NCBI GenBank assembly: GCA_963555755.3
Contig: OY820905.2
Location: 1,920,001-1,984,000 of the forward strand
Length of the DNA stretch: 64,000 bases
Direction: 5' to 3'
Source of the DNA: Nitrospirales bacterium
GTDB lineage: Bacteria; Nitrospirota; Nitrospiria; Nitrospirales; UBA8639
Shown: positions 51,429-60,864 of the stretch, piece after piece
How the letters are laid out: each line of letters opens with the position of its first letter
Numbering within the stretch: position 1 is the first letter of the stretch
Translations under genes and position numbers: made by a program
Notes under the pieces: model-generated
What the model was told of the DNA's origin: nothing
The model's database searches: none
What the model saw: only the letters and a program-made list of their open reading frames with translations

Positions 51429-53332
51429 CAGGGCCATTTCATTCTTTTTATAAGCAAGGGATTCCATGAGGTTTTTTGTGCGCTCTTTTTCAGGGCAGGG
51501 CCATGCGGATGGCTAAATGGGGCTTGCCCCAGAGCAGTCTACACGCCTGCGCGATATTGGTGTAGCCTTTCAGGCGTAAGAGACTGATGGCATAGCGTCT
51601 CAGACAGGTCATGACCATTGGGCCATTGAGACTTCGTATCTGACTCCTGTCTTCATCAAAGGTGACGTCCAACACATAATGCTGCTTATTCTCCACACTC
51701 CAATGCTTTCGGTTTTGCGAGAGGATGGTCTTCGGCCCCGCCTTGTCTTTGGACTGACTCGTGACACCGCAGACCGCTTCGACGGTCGTGAGGCCCTGCT
51801 TGAGATGCGTCACTTCCCTCTCAATGCAGAAGACTTGCTGGACATGAGGAAAGTTGACATAGGCATTCAGGGAGTCATCGCACCAGATCCTGCGGGTCGT
51901 GATCTGCCCATGGCCTTTCTCGGTGGTGGCATAATCGCACCGGCGTGCTCGCAACGCTAAGGCCTCAATGTCGTGCTTCAAGGTGGGCTGGTTTCCCTTG
52001 ACGGTGAAGACGAAGTCGGCGCCGCGTTCGTGCACCAGGTACTCGGCAATCTCTTTCTGGGTGAGGAGCGCATCCGCCGTGATCACCTTCCCTGCGATCT
52101 CGAGCGCATCTAACAGGGGCCGCACGCAGGGGATCTCATTGGTCTTGGAGTGAACTTTTTTTGGGTGAGGTGGCGCCCGGCTTGATGGGTGACGGCGCTG
52201 AGGACGTGGGTCTGTTCGCTTGGGACCTTCGACGTCCCCCGCATGGTCTTCCCATCAATGGCAATGCCCTGATCCTCCCCGCCGAAGGTGTCCAGCCACC
52301 GGCCGAGCAGGGTATCGACTTCACAGGGGTCGACGGCCGTGATAAAGCGGTAAAGAGTGCTGCGGCTCGGGACGAGGTAGCGCCCCCCTCGCTGAGTACA
52401 GCCTAGCCGCTTGCGCATCGGCTGCGATAACTGCTGGGCCCAGTCCGAGATCGCTTCATAGCCGCGCGCGCCGCACAAGGTGGCACAGAACATGATCGCC
52501 GTGAGGGCGCGTCGGGTGTGCCGTTGCCCTTGCAAATGGCGGGGATCGGTCAGCTGCACCACATACGTAAAGAGGGAGTCCGTCTGTTTTGTATTCAATC
52601 TCATCTGAGGCGCTTCTCCTTTCTGATAGGGCTGATCAAGCATCGGGCGTGCAAGGATCTCTCGGGCTTGGGGATGCAGCCGCACGACTAGGATGCGCTT
52701 CGGTCTCTCATGCTGAACATAACACGTGTTCGACTTGCGAAACCCTCGTGTCAGACCGAGCTCGTGCCACCCGGCGGCCCGATAGCAGGTCCCGGTGAAG
52801 CGGGCAGGATCGACGAAGGTCTCTAAGAGGAGCAAGGGGTAGCCGTGGTACAGTTGCCAATCGGCCGAGATCCGTTTCGCGCAGAGCGACAGGACTTTCG
52901 AGGCGAGGTTCTTTTGCGAACAGCCCGGCAGCATGAGAAACCAGGTGTTGTTGGCCAGTAAATGGAGTCGTTGCCATTGAAAACAGGGGGGCCAGCCGAT
53001 CCAGTGGTCTCGCGGTCTCGATTTGAGGGCCGCCGCCGCAAACACCAGCAAGGCCAGCCAGCGATCCTGCACACAGGCGAGATATTGTATCGATTGGCCA
53101 ATCAGCGGGGCATGACCGAGGTAGTGGTGTCTGTCGAGAAGGGTCTTGAAGGCGTCCTTTTCGTCTCGGACAATTGGGCGAACCACGACTTGCCTCAGAT
53201 CAATGTCCGGCTGTCCGCTTGGCGATTCGTCTGGCATGCAAAAGAGTATGCCGTAAACGAAAAGAAAAAGCCAGCCTAAATCGATTATTCCTTATTATCT
53301 ATAAAGTTACACTTTAATATGAAATAGCCCTG
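51429..53332 (-). mobile_element. ISAs1-family element
   Basis: TIR cagggccatttcat / atgaaatagccctg; 9-bp TSD ccgcattct at 51420-51428 and 53333-53341. Confidence 0.92.
51490..53237 (-). CDS. DUF4338-ISAs1 transposase fusion split by a -1 frameshift at A7G (52155-52162)
   Basis: ORF1: HHYLG..RDHWIGW..NLAS..LETFVD..GTCYRAAGW, DPR, IAIDGKT. ORF2: KTNEI, ITADALLTQ, TVKGNQ, HWSVEN..LDVTFDED. Confidence 0.88.
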
Positions 53333-53406
53333 CCGCATTCTTCTTCTGGATTCCTCCTTCCTGCCGCGGCACTACGAACAAGAAACCCTACCTCCTCCCT
53401 GAACTC

Positions 53407-54201
53407 CTAATTGGACGCGGAGGGGGTATTAGAATATACCATGGGGTCGGGAATTTTTTTTGATGAACCCTGAATTTCATGGGAGATTTCTTGGTACGCT
53501 CTCTCTTTTAATTCTTCTATTTGATGCGTATCGTATTGGCTGGCGTCAATCGGCGGCAATACTTTTACTTTAATAAAGATTTTTCCAGGCCCCAGCAAAA
53601 AGGAATGTTTTTGTAAAATATCACTGGTCCCTGTAATGGCAATTGGCACAAGATGTGTCTTTTCTTCAATGGCTAAACGAAAAGCTCCCGAGTGAAAAAT
53701 TCTCATTTCTCTGGTTTCGGATCGAGTTCCCTCTGGAAAAATAATAATTGAAACTCCGCGCTGTAGCCATTTCCGACAATCTTGAAGGGCAGCCACTCGG
53801 TTTTTCAGGCTACCTCTTTGAATGGGGATGTAGCGGTTTAAAGACATATTCCACCCAATGAAGGGGATTTTGAATAATGATTCTTTTGCCAGCCATTTAA
53901 ATGGACGGAATAGGCAAAAAAGAACAAAAATGTCGTAAACGGATTGATGATTGGAAACTAGGATATACGTTTTGCCCCATTGAATATTTTTTCGGCCTTC
54001 CACTTCAAGGTGCCATAACGGATTAATTTTAATGCCCAACCAGGCCCAAAAACAGGTGGGCAAGCTGATGATCACTCCTTTGCGATCAAAAGGGAAGGTC
54101 AACAAAAAGATGGTGAGATTGAGCAAGAATAAGGGAAGGGAAATAAGGCCAAAGGATAACCAATAGATTGCCGAATATATCCTGTTTCCCAGATTTCGCA
54201 T
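53407..54201 (-). CDS. plsC: 1-acyl-sn-glycerol-3-phosphate acyltransferase
   Basis: NHQSVYD, FPEGTRS. Confidence 0.9.
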   Translation of the reverse strand: MRNLGNRIYSAIYWLSFGLISLPLFLLNLTIFLLTFPFDRKGVIISLPTCFWAWLGIKINPLWHLEVEGRKNIQWGKTYILVSNHQSVYDIFVLFCLFRPFKWLAKESLFKIPFIGWNMSLNRYIPIQRGSLKNRVAALQDCRKWLQRGVSIIIFPEGTRSETREMRIFHSGAFRLAIEEKTHLVPIAITGTSDILQKHSFLLGPGKIFIKVKVLPPIDASQYDTHQIEELKERAYQEISHEIQGSSKKIPDPMVYSNTPSASN

Positions 54202-54627
54202 CAGTTCCTGTATTCAAAATTGTTCAGAGGTTGGAAGAAAACCCTCCGGAAAATGATTCCGCTTAATTTACGATCCATTTACGACTAAAAATAGTTTCGT
54301 GTGTAATACGAGACAATGTCAACCAGTAGGCATTTAGTAGGAGGCAGAATCATGAGCCAAACTCTAATGTGCCTTCTCAATGCCATGTTCTTTTTTGGGA
54401 GGCCCAGTGGGAAGAGCAATCTTAGAGAGGAGCGGGTTCCCGTGAGAAGAAGCCAGCCACATGCCCTGGGAGGATGATCATGGAACGAGTCGCCACCAGG
54501 GATTTCCTCACGCCTGAGGTTACAAAAAAAAGGGTAGCGCCTCTTTTTTGTAGGTCCTTATTGCTTTAATGAACTTTCTCCGGCAAATTCCCTGAGATCA
54601 AATCCAACTATTCTCCTCAAAAAACCA

Positions 54628-55272
54628 ATGCGCGCCAAAATTTGCGGAATAAAAACCGTTAAGGATGCCAAGCTCGCTCAGAAATGCGGGGCAGATGCCA
54701 TTGGTGTACTAGTCGGAAGAGTACATCGGTCGAATGATTTTGTATCGTCCAAAACCGCAGCCGAGATATGCCGAGCCGTTGGACCGTTCATAACCACCGT
54801 TCTGGTTACGCACTTCGAAGACCTAGTCAAAATACTCAAGCTGGCTAAACAAGTTCCCACCTCGGCCATTCAACTACACTGTGACCTTCCATCCCGAACT
54901 ATCAAAAGCCTGACTCGGAAACTATTCCCTCGAAAAATGATCGCCAAGGTGAGCGTCGATGGGCCAGAAGCCATTCACCGTGCCCGCAAGTTATACAACG
55001 TGGCGGACGTCCTATTGCTAGACTCCATTAATAAACGAACCAACAAGGTCGGCGGCACAGGCCACACCCACGACTGGTCAATCTCCGCTCAGATTGTTCG
55101 AGAGTCACCAATTCCCGTCATCCTCGCCGGCGGGCTCACCCCCAAAAACGTGCAATCTGCCATTGAAAAGGTCAAACCCTACGGAGTGGATGTCAACACA
55201 GGCGTGAAAAATCAAAAAGGCGGGAAAAGCCAACGACTGATTCAGGAATTTATTCAAGCAGCAAAAGCCTAA
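54628..55272 (+). CDS. trpF: Phosphoribosylanthranilate isomerase-like
   Basis: KICGI, IQLH, LLDS..GGTG..HDW, ILAGGLTP.NV, GVDVNTGV. Confidence 0.85.
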   Translation: MRAKICGIKTVKDAKLAQKCGADAIGVLVGRVHRSNDFVSSKTAAEICRAVGPFITTVLVTHFEDLVKILKLAKQVPTSAIQLHCDLPSRTIKSLTRKLFPRKMIAKVSVDGPEAIHRARKLYNVADVLLLDSINKRTNKVGGTGHTHDWSISAQIVRESPIPVILAGGLTPKNVQSAIEKVKPYGVDVNTGVKNQKGGKSQRLIQEFIQAAKA

Positions 55273-55303
55273 CTTCAGATAGATAAAATTCTACATGAAG
55301 TCG

Positions 55304-55702
55304 GCCGCCTTCGGCGTGGCTGAGCCTTAGGGTTCGCGCAAGAATAACTTCCCCTGTTTGGGCGTCGATCCATCCCGTCTGGCGGCGTTGCTCGTCCTTT
55401 CCATACGAGGAGTATGCGCAGTCCTCGCGCCTTGCCAGACAGGTGTCTCAGCACCCAAACAGGGGAAGTTATTCTTGCGCGAACCCTTAGTACCGAATTC
55501 GACATTTTGGCGAGCGCTGTTTGAGTCCCTCGACAAGGCTCAGGATAGACTCCGCGAGTTGCGCAGCCATATAATTCGGTGCTGTGGTGAGGGAACCCCC
55601 GGGGCCACGACGGGGGGAAATGGTTGTAGGTCCTTTTGCCGAAACCAAAGAGCCTGTCCCAAGTCCGTCGAGGGAACCTCGTCGGCGGGGGCGAAACCCC
55701 GC
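55304..55702. repeat. Repeat family C (reverse) with nested MITE D (55330-55486, TTA duplication) and short REPs
   Basis: Sequence similarity to 45122-45500. Confidence 0.82.
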
Positions 55703-55715
55703 TTAAATAAAACCC

Positions 55716-56081
55716 TTATGAACGACTTAAAAGATATTCCCTCAAAGCTATCGCATTATTATAAGATTCGTTCTTAGCAGAAAAAAGAAACGTGACTTTG
55801 CCTTCCCATGTATGTTGAGTCAGTTGATCAACCAGATCCTGTTGTTGATCTAATTCTTTGAAATAGCGGCGTTTAAATTCTTCCCATTTCTCTGAATCAT
55901 GATTGAACCACTTCCGCAAAGAATCGGAGGGAGCGATTTCTCTAAGCCAGAGGTCGATTTTAGCGTCGTCTTTTTTGATTCCACGAGGCCAGAGTCGATC
56001 GATGAGAAGGCGAAAGCCATCATCAGGATTTGGGGATTCGTAGATTCGTTTGACGCGAATGGAGAATTTCTTTTTTGGCAA
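55716..56081 (-). CDS. DUF488/YeaO family protein
   Basis: KRIYE..DDG.R.LIDRLWPRGIKK..IAPS..LRKWF.HD. Confidence 0.92.
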   Translation of the reverse strand: MPKKKFSIRVKRIYESPNPDDGFRLLIDRLWPRGIKKDDAKIDLWLREIAPSDSLRKWFNHDSEKWEEFKRRYFKELDQQQDLVDQLTQHTWEGKVTFLFSAKNESYNNAIALREYLLSRS

Positions 56082-56201
56082 GCCTCCGCCTCACATATTC
56101 AAGAAACAATAATTAGCCTGGATTCCCGCTTACGACCGCGGGAATGACCATTTTGATACGGGCATCAGGCATATGCGGCACTCATTTGCCAATCACAATT
56201 T

Positions 56202-56804
56202 TCACTTCACGATCGACGCTGGCTGACCCCATTGTCCGCTAAACACAAACTCTGACAGAGGCTTCCTTGTGCGTATGGCCTGTTCCCGTTGAGCGAGTTC
56301 TTCAGGAAGAAGCGTGGGATCGCCTACATACCCCAAGGCCAAACCCGCCACGGGTTCGAACCCTTGTGGCACTCTGTACAGCTCTCGTATGCGATCTGGA
56401 AGAATGCCAGCCATTTGATGAAGGCTGAGGCCTAGCGTGGTGGCTTGTATCACCAAATTGCCCACGGCCAACCCGACGTCGTGCCAGGCATGAGGATTCG
56501 CTTTGCTATTATGATCAAAAGTGGACTTGGCGACGGTTAACATTAAAACTGGCGCCAACTTGGCCCATGTCTGATTGCCTTCGACAAGACAGGAGAGCAT
56601 GCGTTCGTATTCCTGCGGCGTGGACTTGGTCGCGACGATGAACTGCCAAGGTTGTTCGTTAAAACACGACGACGCCCACCGCGCGGCTTCAAACAGAATC
56701 GTTAATTGTTCGTCAGCAATCGGACGATCGGCAAAAGCCCTGGGGCTCCACCGTCGTTGAAGCGGGCCGTGAAATGGGTAACTGGTTTCAGCGGGTTTTT
56801 CCAT
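56202..56804 (-). CDS. Nitroreductase family protein
   Basis: RRWSPRAF, EAARWASSCFNEQPW, HQMAG. Confidence 0.92.
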   Translation of the reverse strand: MEKPAETSYPFHGPLQRRWSPRAFADRPIADEQLTILFEAARWASSCFNEQPWQFIVATKSTPQEYERMLSCLVEGNQTWAKLAPVLMLTVAKSTFDHNSKANPHAWHDVGLAVGNLVIQATTLGLSLHQMAGILPDRIRELYRVPQGFEPVAGLALGYVGDPTLLPEELAQREQAIRTRKPLSEFVFSGQWGQPASIVK

Positions 56805-57297
56805 GATGTGCTCTTTCTTTTTTCTTCGCCGGAGACAACGGTTTTGATTGAAAACTATCCTGTAGACGAATGAGTTGAGTTCGTAAAGCTTCCACATCTT
56901 TCGTCGTAAACGCCTGCTGGATAAAGGGCCGCATAAACTCGGCATGAGCTGGAAACGCTTTGCAAAACAACTCTTCCCCCTTGGCCGTCAAGCGCACGCG
57001 AATGGCTCGCCGATCACCCTTGACGCCTTGCCGTTCCAGCAATCTTTTTCCTTCCAAACGGTCCAACACACCGGTGAGCGTCCCCTTGGTAATCAGCGTC
57101 GCTTCTCCGAGTTCAGCACATGTCAGGCCCTCCGTTCCACCAAGCTCTGCCAACACATCAAATTGCGGCCCCGTCAGCCCCATGCTTTCGATATGCCGAC
57201 TACCGACACGATAAAACCCCAAATAGGCCTGCACCAGCGGACGGATTAATCGCAAATACGGGTCACGTTGAAAGTCCAGAATTTTGGTACGCGCCAT
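56788..57297 (-). CDS. MarR family transcriptional regulator
   Basis: GLTGPQFDVL..ITKGTLTGVLDRLE..DRR..LT.KG. Confidence 0.92.
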   Translation of the reverse strand: MARTKILDFQRDPYLRLIRPLVQAYLGFYRVGSRHIESMGLTGPQFDVLAELGGTEGLTCAELGEATLITKGTLTGVLDRLEGKRLLERQGVKGDRRAIRVRLTAKGEELFCKAFPAHAEFMRPFIQQAFTTKDVEALRTQLIRLQDSFQSKPLSPAKKKERAHHGKTR

Positions 57298-57374
57298 GCT
57301 TCAAGCCTCTTGATTCAACATTGGCATTCGTGCATCTCGTTCCCAACATCATCACATAACATGTTAAAGAAACA

Positions 57375-58031
57375 TCATTCTTTCGTATCGGGATACTCTA
57401 TGGAACCTGTCCGAAAAAATGCCCCAGCCTCGGGAACGATCCAGTCCGCATCCTCAACCATTTCTAACGGGGAAACCGCATCACCGACTGGATCCTCTGA
57501 GGGTTCTTGGGTCCCCTCATCAACAGGCTCTTCGTCGAACTCATCGTGTTCCAAAGTATGCCAGTCACTGGACATTGGTCTGAGCAAAAAATCCGTATCC
57601 CAAAAATAAATGGTCACGATCGCTTCCCCATCGACGCGACCGATTCGAAATGCCCCAATGGCCCTCGACCCCTGGGGGTCGTCTTCAACCAAGTCGTTAT
57701 GGGTTGCGCAAAAATTTTGAAGACATTCGTAGAGCACCGACCAGTGCACATCCAGGAGGTGATACACCGAGGCGTCCCGCGTTGCCGCTAATAATTGCGC
57801 CATCAATCGAATGGCCGTATACGGACCAAAGGCTGAAGAGCTTTCGGGATAGAGGCCTTCCCACGAATCAATCGCCCCATCAGCCGCGAGGTTTTTCACC
57901 TCGGTCATTTCACTCAGCAAGGCTTCCTCCAAGATGGCTTCAAAGACGGCATCGGGTTTGGTTTGAAAGTAAATCACAGTTCCCTTGTTTTCAATCCGGG
58001 CAATTTCCATTAAGCATGACGCAAAATTCAT
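57375..58031 (-). CDS. Hypothetical acidic protein (start uncertain)
   Basis: 218-aa ORF with YFWDTDFL; no family recognised. Confidence 0.6.
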   Translation of the reverse strand: MNFASCLMEIARIENKGTVIYFQTKPDAVFEAILEEALLSEMTEVKNLAADGAIDSWEGLYPESSSAFGPYTAIRLMAQLLAATRDASVYHLLDVHWSVLYECLQNFCATHNDLVEDDPQGSRAIGAFRIGRVDGEAIVTIYFWDTDFLLRPMSSDWHTLEHDEFDEEPVDEGTQEPSEDPVGDAVSPLEMVEDADWIVPEAGAFFRTGSIEYPDTKE

Positions 58032-58055
58032 TTCGCCACACAGTCTGCTCCTTTC

Positions 58056-58369
58056 AACCTAGAAACGGCAGTTGGGCGCAAAAAAGACGTGTGAGATATT
58101 GGTGTGCATGGTGAAATACAAAAAGTCGTAGTCACCCAAGGGCTCGCGCAAGAATAACTTCCCCCGTTTGGGCGGCGATCCATCCCGTCTGGCAGCGTTG
58201 CTCGTCCTTTCCATACGAGGAGTATGCGCAGGCCTCGCGCCTTGCCAGACAGGTGTCTCAACACCCAAACGGGGGAAGTTATTCTTGCGCGAGCCCTTAG
58301 TGGTGATGAGACATTTTTGTATTGTGCCAGATGCGCGGACTTTTGTGATCCAACTGCCGTTTCTCAGTT
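58056..58369. mobile_element. MITE family E with nested MITE D (58140-58296)
   Basis: aacctagaaacggcagttgg ... ccaactgccgtttctcagtt. Confidence 0.8.
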
Positions 58370-58509
58370 CATAGCACAAAAGCCCATCTTAAAGAAAATG
58401 GTACAGGATTCAGCTATTCGTTTCTAATGCTTTTCTTTTGAGGCTTTTGAAAAAAAAATTCTATATTGCCGTTCGTACGTGCTCCTTTGAAGAAACCTCA
58501 AGAGCAACA

Positions 58510-58843
58510 GGTGATGTTCAAAACCTGTCCTGAGCCAACGCCGAAGGAAGGTGTGCTCAGTCCTGTCCTGAGCTTGTCGAAGGAAAGGCCGCAGGCGCTC
58601 CCGGCATACGTAGCCACTCCTGGCCTCCGTAGCCACTTCGGCGGAGGTGGCTCGGCGGAGTAGGCTTGGCGTGCGGAGCGTACGGGAGTATATGAGCACG
58701 ACAAAGGACCGACCTGCCTGCACGCTTGCGCGTTGTAGCGGCTACAGCGCGTAAACGCGAAGCCGTTTCTACGTAGGCAGGGAACGCTTCTGGCTTGTCT
58801 GCCGTAGCTTTGACGAAGGCTGACGCCCTCTTTCAACATTCCC
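58510..58843. mobile_element. Family A element swollen by several short REP insertions
   Basis: gatgttcaaaa..aaggccgcagg..tttcaacattccc with cctgtcctgagc..gaagga (x2) and ccgtagc..gga/gaagg hairpins. Confidence 0.7.
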
Positions 58844-58985
58844 CTTTTGAGTATTCCCACGAAGGGCAGACACAGTCAAAAAGGGGCTAGGGGCTAGGAA
58901 AAAGAAACTTGGCCCCTCGGAGAAATGGCCTATTCGCCTCAGGGTAAATGGTCAGATGAGGAAGGAGGGGAAGGTGCGGCACCAA

Positions 58986-59167
58986 GGGCCTGTTAAAAAA
59001 TAACCTGGGCAAAATCGCGCCTAGATTTGGGTCGGATTTTGGACGTAACGATTGAGAAAAAGCCGAGGCATAGCACTGCTATGAAGAGACCTTTTCGATT
59101 GAAGTGCGTTCAAAGGTGGGCCGAAGATGGGACGGGATTTTGTCCAAGTTATTTTTTTAACAGGCCC
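58986..59167. mobile_element. MITE family B
   Basis: gggcctgttaaaaaataacctgg ... agttattttttaacaggccc. Confidence 0.9.
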
Positions 59168-60480
59168 TCAGAGGAGGCATGTTGTATCTCAGGCATAAAA
59201 CACAGATCGTCCTGAATGCCTTCTTCAAACGGATTCAATATTCGTAAGACACGAACAGACGTGTTGTCTGATGTGTACTTGGACAAGTCCACAACACACG
59301 GAGTGGCAAGCTTTTCCCGCGTGTGACTCCACACCAGTTTTATGGTTGGAAGCATCTGATCGGCCTGATTACCCGACACCACCCAACCCCGTGCTCCTGT
59401 ACTGAGTTCGACCAAGCTGCCAACCGGATAGAGCCCCAAACATTGGATCAGTTTTACTACCCATTCCATGGAAAACTCACCATCAATCCCCAATTGATAC
59501 AATCGACGAACGACAAGGGCTGGCGGAGTCGGTGAGCGCCCGCCCCGTTTGCTGACTAAGGCATCATACTGGTCCACGAGACCGACTAATTGAGCCAAGG
59601 TTGAAATCGTCGTCCCTTTTCGTCCCCAGGGATATCCCAATCCATTCACGCGTTCATGATGTTCCAACACAATGCGCCGAGACACTTCGGACATATTTTC
59701 GGCCTTGGACAAAATCGAAGAACCGAGTTTAGGATGGGTCAAATAGAGATTGTGCTCTTCCTTTGAAAAGTCTCCCCTTTTCGAAAGAAGATTCCGTGGC
59801 AAACGAAGTTGTCCCACATCATGCAACAAGGCCCCAATGGCCAGGTCTTGTAACTGGAGTTCGGTCATCTGCGACCGATGCCCCACCACTAAGGCTAGCA
59901 CGCACACATCCACGGCATGGGAAAAGAGCGAGGCATCAAATTGTATCATCCGTTGCAACTGCGCATCGACAAGCATGTTGCCTTCCCGAGCCTTCAAACA
60001 ATCCAATAAGGTTTCCGTCACGTCACGCAGAGGCCCCACGTCCAAAACCACCCCGGTTTTGATCCCTTCAAACACCTGTTTAATGGCAGAAATTGCCTTG
60101 GAACGAACCTCTTGAGCAAGGCGAAGCTCTTCTTCAAACGCCGCCAGATCAAAGGTTTTTTCCAAAACAGGCCCGGCTTCATCTAGCTCCCATTCGCCTC
60201 GATTCTCGCGGGGAAGTTCAGCCATATCCGTCACCTGAAAAGACGCCCCCTTCTCTAAATCCGCGCACACATTCATCTCGCTGGAAGACTCCTCAACATC
60301 AAGACCCTGTTCAGGATCGATCGTGACTTCACGAACTCCGGATTGCTTGAGTTTAAAAATAACAGCATGTGATTTCACAGAACCCCGATGAATCCAAAAC
60401 GGAGATTTGAGCCACGACAGGTCCAGGCCAGCCAAATACATTCCCGGTTTCAATTGCTCAATAGGGATACGTCGTTGCAT
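59149..60480 (-). CDS. HD-GYP c-di-GMP phosphodiesterase with DUF3391-like N-terminus
   Basis: IEQLKPGMY..SWLKSPF; LLHDVG; HHER.NG.GYP; YPVGSLVELSTG. Confidence 0.9.
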   Translation of the reverse strand: MQRRIPIEQLKPGMYLAGLDLSWLKSPFWIHRGSVKSHAVIFKLKQSGVREVTIDPEQGLDVEESSSEMNVCADLEKGASFQVTDMAELPRENRGEWELDEAGPVLEKTFDLAAFEEELRLAQEVRSKAISAIKQVFEGIKTGVVLDVGPLRDVTETLLDCLKAREGNMLVDAQLQRMIQFDASLFSHAVDVCVLALVVGHRSQMTELQLQDLAIGALLHDVGQLRLPRNLLSKRGDFSKEEHNLYLTHPKLGSSILSKAENMSEVSRRIVLEHHERVNGLGYPWGRKGTTISTLAQLVGLVDQYDALVSKRGGRSPTPPALVVRRLYQLGIDGEFSMEWVVKLIQCLGLYPVGSLVELSTGARGWVVSGNQADQMLPTIKLVWSHTREKLATPCVVDLSKYTSDNTSVRVLRILNPFEEGIQDDLCFMPEIQHASSEGLLKK

Positions 60481-60864
60481 ACCAAAGACCTCACGAATTT
60501 TCACGAAAAGGCATGTCAAAGAAGTGCGAAAAATAAATATTCAAGGGGCGTGCTAAGCAAACTGGTCTGATCCCTTTATAAAAGAAGGGGCCGCAGACGG
60601 ACTATAATGACTCCTAAACAATTTGTCGGTTAATCAAAGACGACCTTGAGCCAACAAATCTGCTGGTTCCTTTATTTTCTTACTGGTTTATTGTGAGTAA
60701 AACATATTTCTAAACATTTTAATTAAATAGAATTACGTAAAAAAACAAAAAAATTCCTTACGCTTTGAGTACTTGTGTAATTATTTTTGGAATTTGGTAT
60801 TGCGACACAGGTTTACATCTCTTATCCTGAGATATGGTTTAATTGCATTTCCCACTAGCCCATC

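Noticed and set aside
42325..53237. Druantia defence system
   Set aside because: Only DruA-like domains inside IS elements are present; there is no DruE helicase or other dru gene in the window.
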